DNA of 64,000 nucleotides, taken from Trichosphaerium sp. ATCC 40318 (lineage: Eukaryota; Protista; Tubulinea). Within the stretch, counting starts at the first letter, position 1. Every line of letters starts with the position of its first letter. Under the pieces are notes generated by a model. The model was not told the origin of the DNA, searched no databases, and worked only from the letters and a program-made list of their open reading frames with translations. A program made the position numbers and the translations under genes. The stretch lies in assembly GCA_038496445.1 (NCBI GenBank), contig JALMLS010000473.1, positions 1 to 64,000 of the forward strand. The letters are read 5' to 3'. Of this stretch, positions 1 through 13,526 are shown piece after piece.

Positions 1-1735
1 GACAGGTACATCTTCTGGTTCACCATAAAACCATTGAGTAAACACGTTGTTCCTGTAAGTGTAGTCTAAAACAACAAATTAGTATTCCAAACAAAGAAGA
101 TGTGTGTAGTACTTGAACCTAACCATGGACCAACAAACGTTAGGTTGCTATGTTGTACATGAGTAAAAAATAAACTTGAATACAATTAAAAATACCCGTC
201 AAAAATATTGTTGATGAACTTAACTGCAAGCGAATCAGGATAGTGTATTATTTCAGATACATTCCTAAAAACGCAGTAATAAAAGGAAATAGACTGATTT
301 CTAGTTCCTTGTGCATTTGTAAAACTCAAAAGACCTGTTTATCCCAATTAGCAAATAAAAGTTGGTTAGTGCTTGTTAATGACTTGGTCTGAATAAGTCA
401 TGAAGTTGCATTCATGTGTTAAACTTCATCAAAAAAATTTAAAGTTAAACCTTCAAACCAAGTCATTAACAGCAGCAGCATGGAGCTCTGTTCTTACTGC
501 CTGCATCTACAACTAAACTATTATCCACATTTAATGTATTAGAATCTTCTGATATATAAAACGCTCCCTGTGATAGCCTGTATGGGGAGGTCATAGGAAA
601 ACCTTCATATAAGCATCTAAAGCAGTATTTCAGTTACTTCTACATTTTTTTTTTTGTGTTAACTGACATACCTTGTAATGTAAATTATGCCGTGATTATC
701 GTACCCAAAAATAAACCCATCAGTGAGTTCAAACACACTATCTGATATAGTCTAGGCGAAGATATAAGTCATCACTACTACCAATCTATTAATAGCAATA
801 CATACCAACCTATCATGTGCATTAAGGTTTACAAAAGTAACAGCATACCCATAGCATTCTTCAACTCTACAATTAGAAATTGATGGATTGGTTTGAAAAA
901 ACAATATAATTCCTACCAAATATTAGAACCTCTCAAAAAAAAGCCCGTTAACAAAACATACCAGCCTGTAAGCATCACCCTCCAGGTAAGTGTCATTGTA
1001 TAATGCTACAAATACGAGTCAGTAGTTAAAAACAAACTTGCCACGCACTTTGTCTAAGGTAAATGCGGCGAAATGTAACATTATCAATAATGACTTGGTC
1101 CCCGAAAAGAAAATGAACACCTTCTCCATATACATTAGATATTGAGCAGTTACACAAGGTGATGTTTGCTCCATTAAATAGGTAGCCACTCCCTACGAGG
1201 TTGTGAATACAGCGTAGTAGTGGTAGTTTTCAAACAAGCGTACCAACACTTCCAAGGATGTTAATCCCGCAAATAATAACATTTTTAGACCCAGAAAGAA
1301 GCGCCATTACAGCTGTGCCCACGTGTTCAAAGTTTATTTGTGGTGTTTTTATTTCTCCCCCAGTATACCGTAAGATCAAATCAACATGTTGGCCTAAAAA
1401 TCCAAGATGAGACAAACAATCAATCACATAAATGTTAAGTGCAATCTCTCGTCTTTTGTTCCAAAAGGTACACTAACGTAAGGAGTCTAGCTTTCGGCTA
1501 CACCAAAAGCCAGTCAATAACACTTCCTTACATTAACACTGAGGCATAACAACCATGTGTATAATTTTAACAAACGTTAGCTTTGTTCCGTTTTTTGGAA
1601 AAAAAAAAGAAAAACGTGATTGCACGTACCCATGTAATTTGAAATAGTGATTGGTGAGCTACTAGTTCCGTTTAAAATAAAAGCATTGATATCTACAGTA
1701 TTTGTAGCATTTAACTCCATTTCAATGACGTGTTC
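1..1735 (-). pseudogene. 5'-truncated inverted copy of the surface-protein gene at 3663-6766 (matches about 3972-5711 and runs off the window)
   Basis: Near-identical reverse complement of 3972-5711 (ORF 1230..1427- matches 4282..4479+). It lacks the start codon and signal-peptide exon. Confidence 0.85.
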
Positions 1736-2751
1736 ACTCAATGGTTTTATGGTGAACCAGAAGATGTACCTGTTAATGCAAGTGCTGATAATTATGAACT
1801 TGATCCTCAATTTATGGATATTGAGAATCAAGGTTTTGAGATCAGTCCTACATCTCCTCTTAGCTTCCTTGGTGAACACGTTCCAGAACATGAAACAGAT
1901 TATTTTAATAATCCGAGAGGAGATGCGCCAACAACCATAGGTGACTATACAAGTGCTGCATCCTATTATTATTAATGCTAGTTTTGTTAAGGCATGCACT
2001 ACCGGATACCACCTCCCACAACTATACCACCAACAACTGCGCCTCCAACGACAGAACCAACAACTGAATCACCAACAACTGAACCTCCAAGTGACGCTCC
2101 AACACAGACTCCATCTTCAATTGACAAAGTTCTTGGACTTACAAATGGCACTGTCGTTAATGTTATTAACATCACCAAGGCAGTTATCGTTGTTGGTACA
2201 ATCAACTTTTGGATTATTTTTCCAATACTGATATTAAATTTAACTTAGGTGATCTCATTCAAGGTGGAGGAGGTATAATCATCTTGGAACCGAATGCCAA
2301 CATCACCATCATTGGATGTTATGACGCCACAGTACCAGTAGTGTTCACTATTGATGAACCACCAAAAAACAATACATTGACACTTGTCAAGTATGACAGA
2401 TTGTGCAATGCGAGCAATACATCTCCCATTGTCCAATTGGAGATTAAGGACAATGTATGCCAGTCTGTCAAGTTCGACACTGTACTTGAAGCAACACATA
2501 TGGAAGTTATGGTCACATCTAAGGAATGTGATGACAATGAGGTTTCAAATGGTAGTAAGACATGGGGTATAGCTGTTGGTGTTGTTGTTGTAGTTATTGT
2601 TATTGGATTGATATTATTCGTTGTTGTAGTAATGTATGTTAAGAAACAAACTAATAGAGCTTTACAAAATAATGTGCAATCAGTTGATATGTCAATGGAT
2701 GATGCAGCGTCTACTGGCAGTCAAGGATCAGCCAACTCTATGTTCATATAA
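1728..2751 (+). pseudogene. 3' fragment copy of the same gene (PT stalk, extracellular domain, TM, cytoplasmic tail)
   Basis: Near-identical to 5666-6766, with a shorter PTT repeat and a diverged last intron. It starts mid-exon at the ACGTGTTC junction. Confidence 0.85.
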
Positions 2752-3662
2752 CATGTTTGGTAAATAAACATACGGCAAACTTTGTAGACTCCTTGTTTAA
2801 CAAATCTCTTTTCAACTGATTCTTTGGCAGTAAAATATGTTCACAGTAGGTGTAGGTAGCATGTAAATACAAAATTTTGGTCATCTCCATGCAATCTTGT
2901 TGAGAAGGCCAGAGTTTTTTACATAGACTATTTCACTTGTTTTAAACATGTTGTCTAGACATCCAGAATGTTAGCTTACAAAACGCCATGTTCATTAGAC
3001 TTCTACATTACACCAAGTCACAACCCCTTTGACAAAAATTCTAGCTAGAATTTTTCACAAAACACATTAAAGGCTAGGGCCAAAATGGTCCAAACTGTTA
3101 ATATGTAGAAATAGAAGTATATGAGCTGTTTATATAGTTTAGAGAATATTGATGGCATCGCCTGGCATTATATCTTTTTTGCAATGCGGTCTAAACAACG
3201 AATAGCTGTAACAGGAAGAATGGGGTTTAAATATGCGTAGTAGAACATAATTGAGGGAGGTTAGGGAGTTTTACCTTTTTATTACCGTTTTGTTTTAAAC
3301 GGCGTTTTGTGGACACCCACACTCCTTTTACGCGTAACTAACAGCGTCAGGAGTATTGTTGCTGTAATAACTGGAGCATATTCTGATACTTCCTTTTTAG
3401 GAAACACTTCTTGTTTTCAGTACTTTCACGCGCCATATCCTCATAGCAGTATGTTTTTGTATAAACGCTTGTGGAATGCTTACGTAAGCTGGCTCTAGCT
3501 TGAAAATTGTTATTCGAGAAACTTGGAATATTTCGATTGATTTGGATGCTTTGCTACAAGGACGTGGTAGATACAATTTCTACGCGTAAGAGTAGTATAC
3601 GAGCGTTTAAATTGCTTAGCTTGAGTTTCTTGCCTTAAACATCATAAATTGTACCGAAAACA

Positions 3663-6600
3663 ATGTCTGCAGCGCTTATTCGCTCTGTATTAGCCATTGC
3701 TTGTATTGTAATGGTTAAATCAGCTCTTCCAGTGTACTATGTTGCAGTAAACGATACAGGAGGCGACGGTAGCTCTATTGAAACGTACGTGAACATTTTA
3801 AACTCACAAGAACAACATTACAGATTTTTTGGTTTCAAGAGCGCGTATCGTTCCTTACACTCTTTAATGTACTAACGGAGTTCTCCAAATAGCGCCATAT
3901 CGTATGTAAACCTTGTAGCGGCGCTACAGAATGATTCAACAGGTGTTGAACAAATATTCTTCCTTGGCGGCGAACACGTCATTGAAATGGATTTAAATGC
4001 TACAAATACTGTAGATATCAATGCTTTTGTTTTAAACGGAACTAGTAGCTCACCAATCACTATTTCAAATTACATGGGTACGTGCAATCACGTTTTTCTT
4101 TTTTTTTTCCCAAAAAACGGAACAAAGCTAACGTTTGTTAAAATTATACACATGGTTGTTATGCCTCAGTGCTAATCTAAGGAAGTGTTATTGACTGGCT
4201 TTTGGTGTAGCCGAAAGCTAGACTTCCTTACGTTAGTGTATCTTTTGGAACAAAAGACGAGAGATTGCACTTAACATTTATGTGATTGATTGTTTGTCTC
4301 ATCTTGGATTTTTAGGCCAACAAGTTGATTTGATCTTGCGGTACACTGGGGGAGAAATAAAAACACCACAAATAAACTTTGAACACGTGGGCACAGCTGT
4401 AATGGCGCTTCTTTCTGGGTCTAAAAATGTTATTATTTGCGGGATTAACATCCTTGGAAGTGTTGGTACGCTTGTTTGAAAACTACCACTACTACGCTGT
4501 ATTCACAACCTCGTAGGGAGTGGCTACCTATTTAATGGAGCAAACATCACCTTGTGTAACTGCTCAATATCTAATGTATATGGAGAAGGTGTTCATTTTC
4601 TTTTCGGGGACCAAGTCATTATTGATAATGTTACATTTCGCCGCATTTACCTTAGACAAAGTGCGTGGCAAGTTTTTTTTTAACTACTGACTCGTATTTG
4701 TAGCATTATACAATGACACTTACCTGGAGGGTGATGCTTACAGGGCTGGTATGTTTTGTTAACGGGCTTTTTTTTTGGAGAGGTTCTAATATTTGGTAGG
4801 AATTATATTGTTTTTTCAAACCAATCCATCAATTTCTAATTGTAGAGTTGAAGAATGCTATGGGTATGCTGTTACTTTTGTAAACCTTAATGCACATGAT
4901 AGGTTGGTATGTATTGCTATTAATAGATTGGTAGTAGTGATGACTTATATCTTCGCCTAGACTATATCAGATAGTGTGTTTGAACTCACTGATGGGTTTA
5001 TTTTTGGGTACGATAATCACGGCATAATTTACATTACAAGGTATGTCAGTTAACACAAAAAAAAAAATGTAGAAGTAACTGAAATACTGCTTTAGATGCT
5101 TATATGAAGGTTTTCCTATGACCTCCCCATACAGGCTATCACAGGGAGCGTTTTATATATCAGAAGATTCTAATACATTAAATGTGGATAATAGTTTAGT
5201 TGTAGATGCAGGCAGTAAGAACAGAGCTCCATGCTGCTGCTGTTAATGACTTGGTTTGAAGGTTTAACTTTAAATTTTTTTGATGAAGTTTAACAACATG
5301 AATGCAACTTCATGACTTATTCAGACCAAGTCATTAACAAGCACTAACCAACTTTTATTTGCTAATTGGGATAAACAGGTCTTTTGAGTTTTACAAATGC
5401 GCAAGGAACTAGAAATCAGTCTATTTCCTTTTATTACTGCGTTTTTAGGAATGTATCTGAAATAATACACTATCCTGATTCGCTTGCAGTTAAGTTCATC
5501 AACAACATTTTTGACGGGTATCTTTAATTGTATTCAAGTTTGTTTTTTACTCATGTACAACATAGCAACCTAACGTTTGTTGGTCCATGGTTAGGTTCAA
5601 GTACTATAAACATCTTCTTTGTTTGGAATACTAATTTGTTGTTTTAGACTACACTTACAGGAACAACGTGTTCACTCAATGGTTTTATGGTGAACCAGAA
5701 GATGTACCTGTCAATGCAAGTGCTGATAATTATGAACTTGATCCTCAATTTATGGATATTGAGAATCAAGGTTTTGAGATCAGTCCTACATCTCCTCTTA
5801 GCTTCCTTGGCGAACACGTTCCAGAACATGAAACAGATTATTTTAATAATCCAAGAGGAGATGCGCCAACAACCATAGGTGACTATACAAGTGCTGTATC
5901 ATATTATTATTAATGATAGTTTTGTTAAGGCATGCACTACAGGATACCACCTCCCACAACTATACCTCCAACAACTGTGCCTCCAACGACAGAATCTCCA
6001 ACAACTGTATCTCCAACGACTGAATCTCCAACAACTGCGCCTCCAACAACTGAATCCCCAACAACCAAATCTCCCACAACTGAATCTCCAATTACTGAAC
6101 CAACAAGTGATGCCCCAACACAGACTCCATCTTCAATTGACAAAGTTCTTGGACTTATAAATGGCACTGTCGCCAATGTTATTAACATCACCAAGTCAGT
6201 TATCGTTGTTGGTATGATAAACAAAATACGATTTTTTACCAGTACTGACATTATTTAACTTAGGTGATCTCATTCAAGGTGGAGGAGGTATAATCATCTT
6301 GGAACCGAATGCCAACATCACCATCATTGGATGTTATGACGCTACAGTACCAGTAGTGTTCACTATTGATGAACCACCAAAAAACAATACATTGACACTT
6401 GTCAAGTATGACAGATTGTGCAATGCGAGCAATACATCTCCCATTGTCCAATTGGAGATTAAGGACAATGTATGCCAGTCTGTCAAGTTCGACACTGTAC
6501 TTGAAGCAACACATATGGAAGTTATGGTCACATCTAAGGAATGTGATGACAATGAGGTTTCAAATAGTAGTAAGACATGGGGTATAGCTGTTGGTGTTGT

Positions 6601-6766
6601 TGTTGTAGTTATTGTTATTGGATTGATATTATTCATTGTTGTAGTAATGTATGTTAAGAAAGAAACTAATAGAGCTCTACAGAATAATGTGCAATCAGTT
6701 GATGTACCAATGGACGATGCAGCGTCTACTGGCAGTCAAGGATCAGCCAACTCTATGTTCATATAA
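3663..6766 (+). CDS. Multi-exon type I membrane protein: signal peptide, probable right-handed beta-helix ectodomain, Pro/Thr stalk, TM helix
   Basis: MSAALIRSVLAIACIVMVKSA signal; VYYVA..GDGS N-terminal motif typical of beta-helix proteins; PTTES repeats; WGIAVGVVVVVIVIGLILFIVVVMYVKK TM; many GT-AG introns. Confidence 0.7.
5945..6125 (+). repeat. 15-bp coding tandem repeat (PTTES/PTTVP), mucin-like stalk
   Basis: ccaacaactg-type units. The paralog at about 2007-2105 has fewer units. Confidence 0.85.
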
Positions 6767-7256
6767 CATGTGTTGTAAATTAATAAAAACCAAACTTTAT
6801 GGAGCATATTTCATACAGATATAATACCAGCAGTTACAAAGCCTTTATGATGACGTTGTGACATTTCCTTGAATGTGACATGGTTGCCACGTTATAACCC
6901 AATCGGAAGCTGTAATAACTATTCAACATTCTTCACTTGGGCATAAAATAACTTGTTAGGTACGTACCATTACGCTTGTGTTAGAGATGTTGTGGGAGTA
7001 GTCAAATCCGTTTATTACGAAAATTACTAGTGAAATTGGAAAGTTAATGCGAAATCATTCACTGAAACCATAGCCACAATGGTTACGAATTGCCAAACCT
7101 GAAGTCGATAAACGGTTTTTTAAGACCTCTACACAAGCACCAAGGATAAACAATCAAACTCAACTGTTGCACAAGTCCTCTGGCTACACGTCAATTGCAC
7201 ATATGATTTGATTTTGAAACAATATTATATTGTAGAGTAACACATTCAGCTGTTTA

Positions 7257-8287
7257 TTATTTTTTGGCTTTGATTATGGTCCAATTATCATCTGTGATTT
7301 TTCGAAGAGTACCACATTTAGCACTGACCTGTTTAGAACCTTTAGGTTTAAGAGGTACAGCGCTTGCAATGCTATCTTTGAACACTACATTCGACAAACA
7401 ATCAAGTTTGAATTTGGCTTCTTCGCCAAAGAAGTATGGAACCAATCTTCCCCAGAACACTACAGTAACAGGCTCTTTATAAGTAACAAAAGAACAACCC
7501 ATTGTCATATCAGCAGTGCTTGTTATTGCGAATTCATCTTCAGAAACAAACTGTCGTGCACCGTTTGAACCTAGCTTTGAGCCTCCGTGTATACCAGTTT
7601 CAACATTACCCGTTTCAGCTACATGTGGGAAAAAAAGGTCGTATCGGTGTTCTTGGTTCAAACTAACACAAGGTGTGGATGGCTTTGTTAGACTTAAAAA
7701 CGCATAGCGTAAACTATCCTCTAGTTTATCGTGTTCTTCACTCAAGACGTCCCACGGTGCAGTGACGGTTGCAGTCTTAGTGGAAGGTAGTTTGAAAGGG
7801 TCCAAATAGACGAATAGCCAGTGTAAAACAGTCCCATCAAACTTTGTGTTGAACCCTGACAGTTTTGTTAATTCTGTGTTTAGTTTGTGGTTGAGAACTT
7901 ACCTTTAGCGTTTTTTAACGTTAAGATGTTTGCGTCAGCATCTAGAAAACCTTTCGCACCTCGTTTTACGACATTTTAGACCTATTTTTATCAGCGTTGA
8001 TATACGTGCACTATTTACCTCTTTTAAGTAACTACAACGTTTATTGAGTCGTTCAAACCAATCTGGGCAAGAAAATACTTCTCTAAACCATCAGGTGAAT
8101 CGCCAATTTGAACCTTTGAATCGATATCGTTGAAGTGCGACTCATAAACGCGTTTACACAATGCCTGGTCGCGCGATAATACACCATGAATAGTTTTGGA
8201 ACAAGTTGATAAGTAAAGAAAGTCGTTTGGCTCTAGCCACTGGCACACTTCCCCACATACGTCCTGTACGCGTATTATACCTTCCAT
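7257..8287 (-). pseudogene. Frameshifted inverted duplicate of the F-box-like gene at 26312-27378
   Basis: About 7133-8461 is a near-identical reverse complement of about 26139-27502. A 37-bp deletion between GAT microhomologies near 8090 shifts the frame. Confidence 0.85.
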
Positions 8288-8461
8288 TTCGGTTTGCGTT
8301 GCCTTTAACACAAAAAAAAATAGAGTTGTTTGTAAACTTTGTCCATGTGCGAAAAAAGGAATCATTCAGAGAACACATACTAATGATACCAAAATGTACT
8401 TTCCAATCAGAGAATAGAAAGACAGGGCTTTGTACATTACACAAGTTGGACGTGTCTTCTC

Positions 8462-8745
8462 TAATACTGTCATCAGTGACATCACAGTCAAAAAGGTTTA
8501 TCGTATGAACACCAGCAAATTCTTTGACAATATCAGAGGAGTAACTAGCAATATTGATCTTTGTTTGCTTAAGAGTGCTGGCATGTTTTAAGAGTGCTTT
8601 TGCTTGTGCGATGGTCGAAATAACAACACTTTCGTATACGATGATGTCGTGAATGATTGATGCAAAATGATGACAAGTTTGACAAGCCGCAAATCTTGAA
8701 GCGAAAATCGAAATCAAGTTGTGTTTTTTGTAGATACAACATTTA
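8462..8745 (-). pseudogene. Truncated F-box/LRR gene fragment, paralog of 11997-13526
   Basis: QAKALLK and FAGVHTINLFDCDVTDD resemble KAKGLLK and LSGVHTINISDASVT. It is cut off where the duplicated block begins. Confidence 0.55.
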
Positions 8746-10309
8746 GCTATCTATTACTACACAGAGTGATCGCTTATTTCTTTACTTTACGCAACTTCTT
8801 ACGCGACTCTTGAACCTTGCTACGCTTGTAGCTGAGTATATAAAGGAGTTAAGATTGTATGAGCGTTTTCTTACAGCTCTAAACTGAACACGTGTTTATC
8901 TTGACTTTCATCAACCTTTCAAAAGTACGCTGGTATTTTTATGATGTTACAAAGTGGCATGCGATGTACCCCTTATGACAAGTTTGTAGACATTACCGAC
9001 AGGATTAAGAAAAGCTGTATTATATTGGCCATATCATTCAAGTTAAAGTCAAAAAGTGACTTGTTCGGATATCCTGCGTTAAAAGGAATTAACGTGAAGC
9101 GTGAAAAGTTGTCTGAGAAAGGAAATTAACGTGACGCATGTAAACGTGATTGTTTTATAATTCCATCCAGTATCCCCACAAGTGCGTCATCTCTTCATAG
9201 CAGTACAAGCAAATATATAAATTACAAGAACATAGCAAGGTACATTGTTTAATATTTGTGGGTTTACTGATCATTTCTACACATCGTCTTGTTGTTGGGC
9301 GGCTTCCCGGCACAGCTTCCATCTTGATTGCGTCTTTACCAACAATCACTAGGTTTCGCAGTGGTGGCAAACAGCATGTTCTCAACCATGTATAAGAGCT
9401 TGTTCGCGAGCATAGCCGCAGTGTCAGTTGCAAATTTGCTATAGTTAGGAGCTTTAGAAGCTGATTTGTGGGTAACCATTTTGTACCTACCCCAGATCAT
9501 TGTTTCAAAATCTGTCTTTCTTGTATGCCTTTGGGTCTCTTGCCTGAAGTGCAAAACGGCTTCAAATCACTTATTGTATCCGCATACAGTGCCTTTTCAG
9601 CTTTTAGCCATACCTGATTACCCTTGCTGGTTGTTTTGGTAAAATCAGTAGCTTTGTGAACACTTGTTCTATAGTGGTAAAAAGTTCCAAATTCGTGTTT
9701 ACTTCATGTCCACTGCTTAGGGACATAAAAGCAACAATGTATTTAAAGCCTTTTTAAAACCTTGGCATTCTTGTTGACACTCTAGTCAGACATAAAGCAA
9801 GTAGTAGACAAACCTACATTACTTCTTACTATACACAAATCAATAGCAGACATGTCAGCCTAACACTCATTTTGAATGCAAACACAATACCCTTTACAAA
9901 ATACAAACACAAATGAACCTAAAATAACTAACATCGGTCCAACAGTCTACTTTCGGTCTTGAGAATTCTATTTCTTCATTTTTGTCAAGTTTTTTGGTGT
10001 TCTCTTAAGTGTACACCTTAAAAGGTGCGCTTGATATGTACACCTAATAAGGCGCTTAATGATATATTGATAGCTCACATCCCAAGAAAAGTGACAGACT
10101 CAGGCTTCACATTTTGACATGTTAGGTGTTATGAAAATGTCAAATAGTCAAACAAGATCACGTAACAATAGTGCACCATTTCATTATTTACTTGCGCCTT
10201 TAAACAAATTATGAACCTATTTTGTGACTCTTTGCTTCTTGTAGAAGTTTAAGTATAACACCATGAAGATATACAGAAATAATTATAGCTAACAGTTTTT
10301 GTCACGTGA

Positions 10310-11204
10310 TCAGTGATTGTTTGCGTTACAAAGCATTTTTGTTGCTAACTTGCAAGATAAGAAGAGTAATCCAAGCAACGAAGGGTAAATGATGACAGAA
10401 CCTCTCATTCTCTTTGCTGGATCTAAAAAAAAATTGAGAAAAAAACAGAATCGGCTTCCACATTGTCTTTACCTCCTGATTGGTAACCTAGAGCATAAAC
10501 AATACGCCCAATACTCCACATACCCCCGAGAGACGCTGCCCACACCTATAAAAGCATCACAAATGGAGTTTTAATCGATGATAGCGTACAGGGTTCTGTA
10601 GGCCTCCAAAACAAAGCAACGTGATTATTTGATAATGCGATTCGAGCCTGTAGATTATTAGATACGCTATTACATTCATAATTTTTCATTTAGTACATAC
10701 ATGTTTTGGTGACCACGCTGATAACAGTTAAATATCTCTTTGCTCTTATCAGTTGTGTAAAGGCTGGGTACTAGGACAATTTACATCAGAATGTCAATTG
10801 TGTTGACAACCGCTTAAACGTTTCCACTTTGAAGTACAAGCCAAACATAGTGAGTTTCCTGTCTGCCATTTTAGAAAGCGCGTGCGGTCGCACTGATTTA
10901 GGCTTTTTTGAGTCTCCCTTGAAAGGCAAACAAATAGGTACACTCGGCTTTTCAGCGCGTGTGAAGGCCGTACATTGGGTGGAAACGTTTAAGCAGGTGG
11001 CTAAATACCGAAAATTGTTTGATTAACGTACAGGTACTCCAAAAGTTTTCCTGGCCAAACCTACCATCCCTCCAATAACTGTAGCGGTGACAATTGAACC
11101 TACTGCGCTCAAGATGACCTAAATTCTATTAATACTTGTACTGGCTAGAAAGTTACAAATACCCATCCGTATTCTGGCTGCAATGTGAATGTAACGCCGC
11201 TCAT
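10310..11204 (-). CDS. MGST3: MAPEG-family microsomal glutathione S-transferase 3-like protein (spliced, absent from the ORF track)
   Basis: Manual splice gives MSGVTFTLQPEYGW/VILSAVG..ARKTFGVP/..FNCYQRGHQNMLE..GRIVYALGYQSGDPAKRMRG. The exon 2-3 junction needs an alternative donor or a 1-nt indel. Confidence 0.85.
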
Positions 11205-11996
11205 GCTTATTGGTTGTGTTTTATGAATTTTATATATTTATTTTGAATGCCAACGACGTTCGCACTAAATGTTTGGCCGTGGGGAAATTTAATGTGCGAA
11301 GAGCGCTATGTAGAGCAAGTATTGTAATTTGACATACTAAACATGTCAGATGCTACTGGTGGATAGTTTAGTATAAAGTGTACATTTGTTTGGAATCATA
11401 ATTCTAACCTACTCCTAAGAGGTTTTTTTAAGTCAGGCAATCATTACAAACAAGAAAAAAACAGGATTTTTAGATTGTTTTTTGTACTCTAGACTTTTTA
11501 AAATAATAAAAAACAGCAACATGCTGATTATAATTTTTAGTTGCCATTAGCTTATGGGATGCGCCATTGATAAATGTGACAATCTTCCAGAAAAAAGGAA
11601 GAAATTAGTGATTTGAACGCTTCGACATTATTTCATAAGCCATTAAAAACCTCCAAATTCTCACCTCCAATAGAAGGTTCAGAGCTATTATTTATGTACA
11701 ATACTAAATACAATCAAAGCTTCGTTGTTAAGATCGATAGAAAAGCATATAAAGATTTTTAGCGCTGCATTTTCTTATTCTTTATGCTTTACTTGTGAAG
11801 AAGCACACATGCTCCCGTACCATACAGCACAATGAGCCGATAGTTGTCACGTGATAATTTTAAGAGCATTTTGAGAAACGTTTAGGAAACAGCTGATAAT
11901 TCAACAAATGCGCAAGTCTTTTCCTGCTACAAACCGTCAAATAGTCAGTTTTGGTCTTCAAAAACACTTGTTGAAACAAATCTTACAAGCGCTACC

Positions 11997-13526
11997 ATGT
12001 CTAAGGCTTGTTATATATCAACGCTACCGCAGGAGATAGTACAAGAGATTCTGACGTTCTTACGCTCATCAAATCTGAAATCAATCTCCTTAGCTTGTAA
12101 ACAGTTTCTACATATTGTACGAACTGATATTGGCTTCCGCAACATTCTAGTAAAAAAGTACAACATATTCCCTCTTTCCAAGGCCAAAGGACTTTTAAAA
12201 TCAACCCATCTTCATATACCCATGCTACTGAAACCAGAATCCGTCGTTTTTCTTTGTGAGGCAAGAATATTGAGGATAGATATCGACAACATCAGCGATG
12301 GTGTAATAAAATACTTAACAAATGTCCGCGAACTCAATATTGGTTACAGCAATATCTCAGACGATGGTTTATCTGCAATTTCAAATATAGTAAACCTATC
12401 AATTTTCCCTTCCAAGAAAATTACTCCAACAGGTCTCCAATCACTCTCTAGACTTAGAAAAATACAATTGCTTGGCCAGTTTGTCACTGATAGTCATCTG
12501 GACGCTATTTCTGGAGTGTCATCTATCAATTTATCATTTTGTGATAACATAACTGACGAAGGTATCAAGTTTCTGTCTGGTGTCGAAAAAATAACGATCA
12601 GTGAGTGTAAGCAAGTAACTGACAAGGGATATGCGTCATTGGCAGGTGTTAAAGAAGCAAAGTTTATACCTAATGGCTATACCTCGGGCTCAAACAATTT
12701 GACAGATGTTGGATTGAAAGCACTTGCTGGCATTAAGAAGCTTGCTATTTATAGAAATTCATATATAACTGATGAAGGTGTATCAGCGCTTAGGGGTATA
12801 CATACAATAGATATGCATCGATGTAATATTACTGATAAGTGTATGAAGGCGCTGTCAGGTGTTCACACAATTAACATTAGCGATGCAAGTGTAACCAGCG
12901 CAGGTCTTCAACACCTCAAAGGTGTACACACAATTATATTGGATGACTGCTGGTTTGTATCGTCTCTTGGTATATCATACCTTGCAGGTGTACATACAAT
13001 ATCATTAAGTGGTTGTAACATGATCACTGATGAAGGTGTTTCAACATTAAGCGGTGTAAAAAAGATCAATCTAGAAAAGTGCGACCAAATAACTGACTTG
13101 TCGTTGAAAGCATTAAAAGGTGTTGAACAGATCAAACTCGATTACTGTGATAAGATTACAGATAAAGGTTTAATGTATATTTCTGGAGCTTATGACGTCA
13201 GTTTGGCATGTTGCAACGAAATTACAGACAAAGGAATAAGACACCTTGTCGGAGTTAAAAAACTGGATATTTCTGGATGCTACAATATTACAAACAACAG
13301 CATTATACCTCTGTATGGCATCAAAGATTTAACAGCAAATGACTGTCCTCTCATCACCGATTACGGGATCTTGTATCTGTTTGGTCCTCTTAAGCATTGC
13401 ATTTGTAATTCTGTGTCACCAAGGATGGCTTATTTCTTTTTTTGGTCTTGTGGTACAATGATAAGGAATGAACAACCACCTGCATACTTAAATCTAGAAC
13501 AACGTTCACCATACTCAAACCAATAA
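11997..13526 (+). CDS. Intronless F-box + cysteine-containing LRR protein, 509 aa
   Basis: LPQEIVQEILTFL F-box, followed by many LxGVxxIxLxxCxxITDxGL repeats. Confidence 0.9.
   Translation: MSKACYISTLPQEIVQEILTFLRSSNLKSISLACKQFLHIVRTDIGFRNILVKKYNIFPLSKAKGLLKSTHLHIPMLLKPESVVFLCEARILRIDIDNISDGVIKYLTNVRELNIGYSNISDDGLSAISNIVNLSIFPSKKITPTGLQSLSRLRKIQLLGQFVTDSHLDAISGVSSINLSFCDNITDEGIKFLSGVEKITISECKQVTDKGYASLAGVKEAKFIPNGYTSGSNNLTDVGLKALAGIKKLAIYRNSYITDEGVSALRGIHTIDMHRCNITDKCMKALSGVHTINISDASVTSAGLQHLKGVHTIILDDCWFVSSLGISYLAGVHTISLSGCNMITDEGVSTLSGVKKINLEKCDQITDLSLKALKGVEQIKLDYCDKITDKGLMYISGAYDVSLACCNEITDKGIRHLVGVKKLDISGCYNITNNSIIPLYGIKDLTANDCPLITDYGILYLFGPLKHCICNSVSPRMAYFFFWSCGTMIRNEQPPAYLNLEQRSPYSNQ

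Noticed and set aside
8941-9720. Short ORFs suggesting a decayed gene or transposon
   Set aside because: No recognisable motif, termini or consistent frame.
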